Assembly (NCBI RefSeq): GCF_009914755.1
Contig: NC_060928.1
Strand: one strand, 5' to 3'
Length of the DNA stretch: 64,000 nt
Origin: the human T2T-CHM13v2.0 reference genome, Homo sapiens
A program made the position numbers and the translations under genes. Below are positions 57,624 to 64,000 of this stretch, in pieces; position 1 is the stretch's first letter; each line of letters begins with the position of its first letter. Under the pieces are notes generated by a model. The model did no database searches. It saw only the letters and a list, made by a program, of their open reading frames with translations, and was not told where the DNA came from.

Positions 57624-58071
57624 TGCCAGGCTTCTTGGTAAGTATGATTATTATAGTAAATAGACAATTTTAATTTCTAGAGTAACAATAAACATCTAGC
57701 AAGTTTATATACCAAAAAATCCATTTCCTAGAGTTCACTATTAATGAGCTGGAGAAATTGAGTTTTTGATCCTTAAAACTGAAGCCACATCCTAGACCCA
57801 TGGCTACCGAAGTACTTTCTTCCCCTGTGAGCAGAAGAAATATTCAAAATATCAAGTATGGCATGGGTACTGACCGGTGAGAATGGATTCACTTACTGAT
57901 ACAGAGTCCCTGGCAGTGAACACCAGGGCTGCTGGACCCATGTATGTATGTCTCAAATGCTCATAAGTCTTGTCAATCAGTTGGCGGGCCTCTCTTTACA
58001 TTTGATTCATTTAAACTACAATGCTCTTCTATTCTGAGTGTGTAAGATTTGCAAAGAAAACAAACATTAGC

Positions 58072-58117
58072 AAGCTACCTATTGGAGTTAGCAAATTCTA
58101 ACTCCAATAGGTAGCTT
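58072..58117. repeat. Perfect 20-bp inverted repeat with a 6-nt loop
   Basis: AAGCTACCTATTGGAGTTAG-CAAATT-CTAACTCCAATAGGTAGCTT. Confidence 0.97.
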
Positions 58118-58943
58118 CTAGAGAGGTATGCTCTCTATTGTCTTGAACAGTTCTAGCCCATGTAAAATAATAATAATAACTTTAAAAGGTAATAATCTGT
58201 TAAAATGCATGTAACCAGAAAGTCTAAAATTAAAAAGAAGCAAATAACTCCAATCTGATGAAAGGGAGGATGATGTGCTAAATAACTTTATCATTGTTTT
58301 TTATTTTTGAATTTTATTTTTTATGAAATGTGATAATTGAATCTCAGGACATTTGTTTCGGTGACATCACTCTTATTCCATACCATAAATTACTAAACTA
58401 TTAAATTTTTGTTGAATGTTATTATGCACAAAGTTTTCTCTTTTATATTTATATATACTACATTACTCACATTATACTGAATTATGAAGAAAACTGAATT
58501 TTGAAAAGAAGGAAAATTGGGAACATTATTTTACTTAATACATATTACATACTATACTAATGTTTTTACTGTGGAAACTGTTTCCGTATTGGTATACACC
58601 CAAATTTATCTTTTATGTTATCTGGTACATAATTTTACCAATAATATATTATTATATAACTAAATGTGCCTATATTTGAAAAAATTATTTTGCTGTCTTG
58701 GAGGAAGAGTCTTTCTATTATTTATAACATAGAATAAAATAAAAAATTCAGAAACTTAACTACATAGAAATAAACATACGGCAAAATATCCTAAGCAGAA
58801 CCAAAAGCCAAATATTCAAAGAAATAAGAACATATATAATTCATATTAGAGATAGGGTTAATTTTCCTATCATATACAAAACTAGAAATAGATAAGAAAA
58901 AGACAACAAAAAATCCAACAGAAAAATGGACAAAAGATTTAAA

Positions 58944-59008
58944 GAGATTCTCCTACCTCAGCCTCCCAAGTAGCTGGGACTACAGGCACACACCACTGTG
59001 CCCCACTA
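58944..59008 (-). mobile_element. Internal Alu fragment (~65 bp) with no tail
   Basis: GATTCTCCTACCTCAGCCTCCCAAGTAGCTGGGACTACAGGCACACACCACTG. Confidence 0.88.
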
Positions 59009-59557
59009 GCAAGCAGCTTGTGAGCATATAGAAATATACTTAACTTCATTCACTCATAAAAGGTGTGCAAGTTAAACCAAACTGATACCATTTTCCCATT
59101 TATTAGATTGTTACATATCTGAATGTTTGATAACACAATGTGTACATTGTTACAGGCACCATGGAGGGCAACTTGGTGATTGCATCTAAACTACAAATGT
59201 AATCCTTTGATCCAGAGATTGTACATCTAGTAATATGTCATTCACCTACATTTGAACATGCTCCAAAAGACATATGCAAGATTATTCATTGCAGAATGTT
59301 TGTAAAAGCAAAAGATGGGGAATAACCTAAATGCCCATCAACAGAACACTGGTTAAATAAATTATAGTAACTTATATAATGCAACATTATACATAAGCTT
59401 CAAAGAAGAATACTCAGGCCATTTGAATGTGGAAAAGATCTCTAAGGTAAGGTGCAGAACACAATGCATTGCATACTATCTTTTGTATAAAAGGGGGAAA
59501 TAAGAATATATATTTGTATTTTCTTGCTTATGTATAAAGAAATTTTGAAAGCATATA

Positions 59558-59645
59558 CGGATTGAGCATCCCAAATCTCAAAATAGAGACCAAAATCTGA
59601 AACACTTCTGGTCCCAAGCATTTCAGACAAGAGATACTCAACGTG
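59558..59645. mobile_element. Internally deleted Tigger4 (Zombi/MER46) MITE, 88 bp
   Basis: TA|CGGATTGAGCATCCC...CTGAAACACTTCTGGTCCCAAGCATTTCAGACAAGAGATACTCAACGTG|TA; both TIRs and the TA TSD present. Confidence 0.85.
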
Positions 59646-61069
59646 TAAGTAAACTATTTACAGAGGAGGTAAATTGAGTGGATAAGGGCAAGGATGGGAG
59701 GGAGATTATTCACTGTTTATTTTGCATGATGTTATTTGAAAAATATATGTATATAACCCACTTGCTAATTCAAGGTCTTCTTATTTCCTAAATTGACTGT
59801 ACTGAAAAATGTAATTCTTTCATTGCATCTGCTAGACTCCATGGAATCAAGTGCGCCAAGAATAAGAGTATAGATACCCAGCAAGTGAAATCCAAGATAA
59901 CTAGAGGAACTACCATGGAAAATATCACTGTTTCTCAACTGCTTCACAGATCATTTTCTGAGTTTAGCAGACAGAATCTCTGATTTAAAAATCCACAGGC
60001 TTAAAAAATCGAACTGAATCCATAAGGTCTTACAAATTTTGACAGTCCAAGAAGCTAGAAGATGCCAGGGTAGTGTGTATCATGGTAGTGTTTGTGACAT
60101 CTGAGGGCCACAATTATATCTTACATTTAAAATTTCATGAAGAATTGGAGTTAAAACTCCGACCTCATGCCTTCAGGCCTGAGTCTTTTTCTCTTGCCAT
60201 GTTTATTATTAAACTCATGTATAATATAGTTGAGGAGAATTTTTAAAAATAACACAGAAACAGTAAAATTGCTTCCTCTTATAACAGAACATACACAAAA
60301 AAAATGGGGACAGAAAATCAGCTTTTGTTACTTTCAGAATCCTAGTGACAAATTTTGGAATGACGCAGTAACATAAAATACATACTTTCTATCTCCTTCT
60401 GCTGTCTTTGTCTCATTTAGAAATTTGTCCAGTAGGAACTCTTTGATATAACAAGTCCACTATCAAACAGATGGTTTCAAACTGCTCTTTTGTTCTTGAA
60501 ACTGGCAATTATTTTGTCCCTGTGTGCTTGAGGTTTGGATAGGAATGATTTTTTCATAGCTATCAAGCACAACATGAATGAACAGAGGCTTTCATTTACT
60601 GGCAATAGACAGCAAGAGTGGAAATCTCTATTGCACATATTTCAATGTTGTCATGTAAAACAGTATTTCTTTTTATCAGCAAGTGGTTTATAAATGTTGA
60701 CAGCACCCCAAAACAAACAGCCTGGTTTATAACAACATATTTGGTGGTGTTTTCAATTTGTAATATTCATTGCCAGGCTTAAAGTATTATGCTCATGTTT
60801 CAAGTAAACTGTTTAATTAAAGTTTAAACAAGGGTCTCCAGAGCTTTACTAGCAAAGCATTTTATTAGAAAGCAAGGTCATGGACTCTTAAAAAATTAAT
60901 GAAGTATGACCACCTTATGCCAAATAAATAAAGTACTGTATGTAAGATCTTGCCTGATATTATAGCTCTTGCATTCTGAAAATCATGTGTAAATACTGAC
61001 CTAACATCATATTTCATGAACCATATTTTATATTTACTTCCTCATTTCTTTAATTAACAACAGATACCC

Positions 61070-61230
61070 CTAGGTTTGAAGTCAAGTTCTGATGATTAGA
61101 AGCTACTTGACTTCTCTAAGTCTCAGTTTCTTGGGCCATAAAATAAGGACAACATCACTTAGCTAGCGGGGTTGATGTGGAATTTAATAGGGAACATATG
61201 AAATGCCACAGTGCCCAGTACATGGTAGAT
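61070..61230 (+). mobile_element. MIR
   Basis: TACTTGACTTCTCTAAGTCTCAGTTTC...ACAGTGCCCAGTACATGGTAG. Confidence 0.7.
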
Positions 61231-61384
61231 ACTGACAGATCCTACTTGTCATTTCTCCTGTTATTTCTGTGGCATACTCACACTCAATAAACATACTCAC
61301 CCAGATGTTATTAGAAGTCAAGCGATTTGGCAAAGAAAAGAGGGGAAGCACACATTCCTAAATGGAGTAAAAAGCTTTACTGCA

Positions 61385-61470
61385 GGCTGGGCACGGAGCC
61401 CAGGAGTTTGAGACCAGCCTGGGCAACATGGTGAAATCCTGTCTCTGGAAAAAAAAAAAAAAAAGAGAGA
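61385..61470 (+). mobile_element. Alu left monomer (FLAM-like) with a large internal deletion
   Basis: GGCTGGGCACGG joined directly to AGCCCAGGAGTTTGAGACC; A tail; TSD AA(G/C)CTTTACT(G/T)CA. Confidence 0.85.
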
Positions 61471-61696
61471 GAACCTTTACTTCAGCTTCTGCATTTTCCA
61501 TACAAACCAAGTCTAACAGGATAAGAGTTAGTATTTAGAATTTAAACAGAAACCTGTGGTAACCATGACTCTTGGCATCTTTGAAATATTGATATAATAC
61601 CAATAATATCTATGAAGAAACTGAGTTCCCAACACTATTTTATGTTGCACTTAAATCTGACAGTCTCATTCAACAAATAGTGAAATCCTGCCAATT

Positions 61697-61697
61697 C

Positions 61698-61744
<47 letters not shown>

Positions 61745-62030
61745 TTGAAACAGGGTCTTGCTCTGTCATCCAGGCTGGAGTGTGGTGGCACAGTCACAGC
61801 TCACTGCAGTCTCAAAATCCTGGGCTCAAGCAATCCTCCATCTCAGTATCCTGAGTAGGTAGGACCACAGGCACGCACCACCAGTCCTGGCTAATTTTTT
61901 ATTTTTTGCAGAATTGGGACCTTGCTATGTCACTCAGGCTGGTCTTGAACTCTTCCTGGTCCCAGGTGATCCTCCCACCTTGGCCTCCCAAATTGCTGAA
62001 AGTACAAGTGTGAGCCACTGCACCCAGTCC
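61697..62030 (-). mobile_element. AluJ with (TTTA)n tail
   Basis: CACAGCTCACTGCAG and CTGGGCTCAAGCAATCC J diagnostics. Confidence 0.92.
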
Positions 62031-62154
62031 TATTAATATCTTAATGTCTTTCCTCTGAGAGGAGGCATTACTGTGTGAGGAAAGACACATTTTGCTACTG
62101 AAATCCCCTCCTTTTTAATTGTCCTAATATGTTATTTAAGTACATTCTACTTGA

Positions 62155-62335
62155 GGCAGAATCAACGTGTTCTGCAGTTTTGGAATCAAAGAGTTGTATA
62201 CTCAAATCACTCCCTCGCATGGTACCTGTGTGACACTGCAAGCAAAAGACTGTCTTTGGGCCATAGTTCTTCGTCAGTAAAATGGACTACCTACCTCACG
62301 GTGTTGTGAGGATTAAGGGAGATAATATACATTAA
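62155..62335 (+). mobile_element. MIR
   Basis: CTGTGTGAC...TCAGTAAAATGG..ACCTACCTCACGGTGTTGTGAGGATTAA. Confidence 0.75.
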
Positions 62336-63162
62336 ACTTTCATCTCTTTGACTTCAACACAGCAATTATCCAAGGAAGGGAGCTCTTACTATCCTTAAAT
62401 ATTCCAGACATTAGTTTTAGTCTAAGTTTCCAGTTGATGGGTATTCTTTCCAAATACTTTAGCTCCAGACTAAAGCAAAAAGGTCATTTGGTGAATATGG
62501 TGTGCTAGTTCTGAAGGATGAGGGAGAGGTGCTTTTAAGATAAAAATTAGGAGTGCAGGAGAAATTATCCAGTTTGTAGGTAAGTGCTCTTGATAGGAGC
62601 AGCACAACAAAAGGGCACTTATCTCTGGCTTGTCTAAACAGACAAGCCGGCTTCCAGACCCTCCCAAGGTCAAGTTCAGAAAGTCAGCAGTGGGAGGTTG
62701 AGGTTGGAAGCCTCATGTGAACATCAAGAATAAGTCAAGCGCTCTCACCTTTCTGAAAGCAGGGAGAGAAAGTACAAGAGGCCTTTGTTAATGAGACAGG
62801 AAAATCATAGCCTGAAAATGCTGACAATGACATTTCAAAAGTCTCAATTCCTTAGTAATAGGCAAGAACATGTGAAGAAGGAGAAAAAAATTCTCTGAAG
62901 TTTTAAAAAGAAGAAAATGATCAAGTATCTGTGATATGTGAGAACTTTATCTTGCAAGGTTACTTCAGTTCACGTTTCCTAAATGGGGACACCTCTGCAG
63001 AGGGAACACGAGGCTTTTCTTGTGAGGCGCTTTGCTGGTAATTTGTGACTCTGACAAATGCCATCTGATTGACAGCCCTGCCCATCCCCCGTCAGGCAGT
63101 CAGAGACGTACGGAAAACACAGAGTCTTCCAAGTCTAAGTTCACTTAGAAAATGCCAAAGGG

Positions 63163-63487
<325 letters not shown>

Positions 63488-63731
63488 TCACACTCTCCAA
63501 CTCTGCTCTCTGGTTGCTGGTGTATTGGAGGCCCAAGGAGAAGTGGCCACTGAGGCCGCCGCCTGCTTGTGGGAGACACTGAGGGGGTCCAGTCAGCCTT
63601 CCAGGTACATCCTGAACACAGAAGCAGCTAGGATCTTCATTTTCATCAGCCTCAGAGAGAGACTCGATGCTCTCCATCCTCACTCTGCCCCTTCTTAAGC
63701 AATCACACCTTCATTTCTTTCCTTTTCTGTC

Positions 63732-64000
63732 TGTTACCGTTAGTTAGCCAGGCATGAGCAGGGCAGAAGAGGGCTCTTCCCCCACCCACCAGGAATGTCA
63801 GGCAATCATTGGTGATGGTTTCTCAGTTACCACATTGCCTCCCTAAACATGATAACTCAGCAGCCGGCGCCAGGGAGAGACAATCTCCTGATGGTCCACA
63901 GCTGTTACAGCAGGTAACCAGGGAGGTGCCTGGGAGAAGCAAATTGAATGCAGGTGCCAGGGAGAAGCAAAAAGGGCATCCAATAAAATGTCAGATATTG
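63732..64000 (+). mobile_element. MER50-family ERV1 LTR (runs off the window)
   Basis: TGTTA..GGCATGAGCAGGGCAG..CACCAGGAATGTCAGGC...GGTGATGG. Confidence 0.8.

Larger units (their letters stand above)
58740..59760 (+). mobile_element. Old L1M (ORF2 end and 3'UTR) with embedded Alu fragment and mini Tigger4
   Basis: AATCCAACAGAAAAATGGACAAAAG; GATTATTCATTGCAG...AACCTAAATGCCCATCAACAG. Confidence 0.75.

Overview
Primate, almost certainly human, genomic DNA: it carries Alu, L1PA, THE1, MER11 and HSMAR2 repeats. The only credible protein-coding gene is an intronless 525-aa pogo/Tigger (CENP-B-like) domesticated transposase that I recognise as TIGD2 (2046-3623, +). It lies downstream of a CpG island (~1-930), which from memory of the human 4q22 locus is shared head-to-head with FAM13A. 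The other ~60 kb is repeat-rich intergenic DNA: about 17 Alus, MIR/L2/L1 fragments and many LTRs (MER21, MER4, MER34/39, MER93, MER51, LTR16, MLT2, THE1, MER52, MLT1, MER11, MER50). It also holds an ERV env remnant, a truncated U6 retrocopy and several DNA-transposon fossils (near-full-length HSMAR2, a hAT/Charlie transposase, Tigger3, a mini Tigger4, Charlie4a, MER3, MER45). The other ORFs in the track look like by-products of repeats or GC content. I found no convincing new multi-gene system. The best second-look items are the D-to-S change in the TIGD2 catalytic triad, its L2-derived polyA signal, a perfect 20-bp fold-back at 58072-58117, an AT-rich multi-palindrome at 46175-46443 and the env TM relic. 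Repeat families were assigned by eye from remembered consensus sequences. Subfamily labels and many boundaries are approximate and need RepeatMasker/Dfam confirmation.
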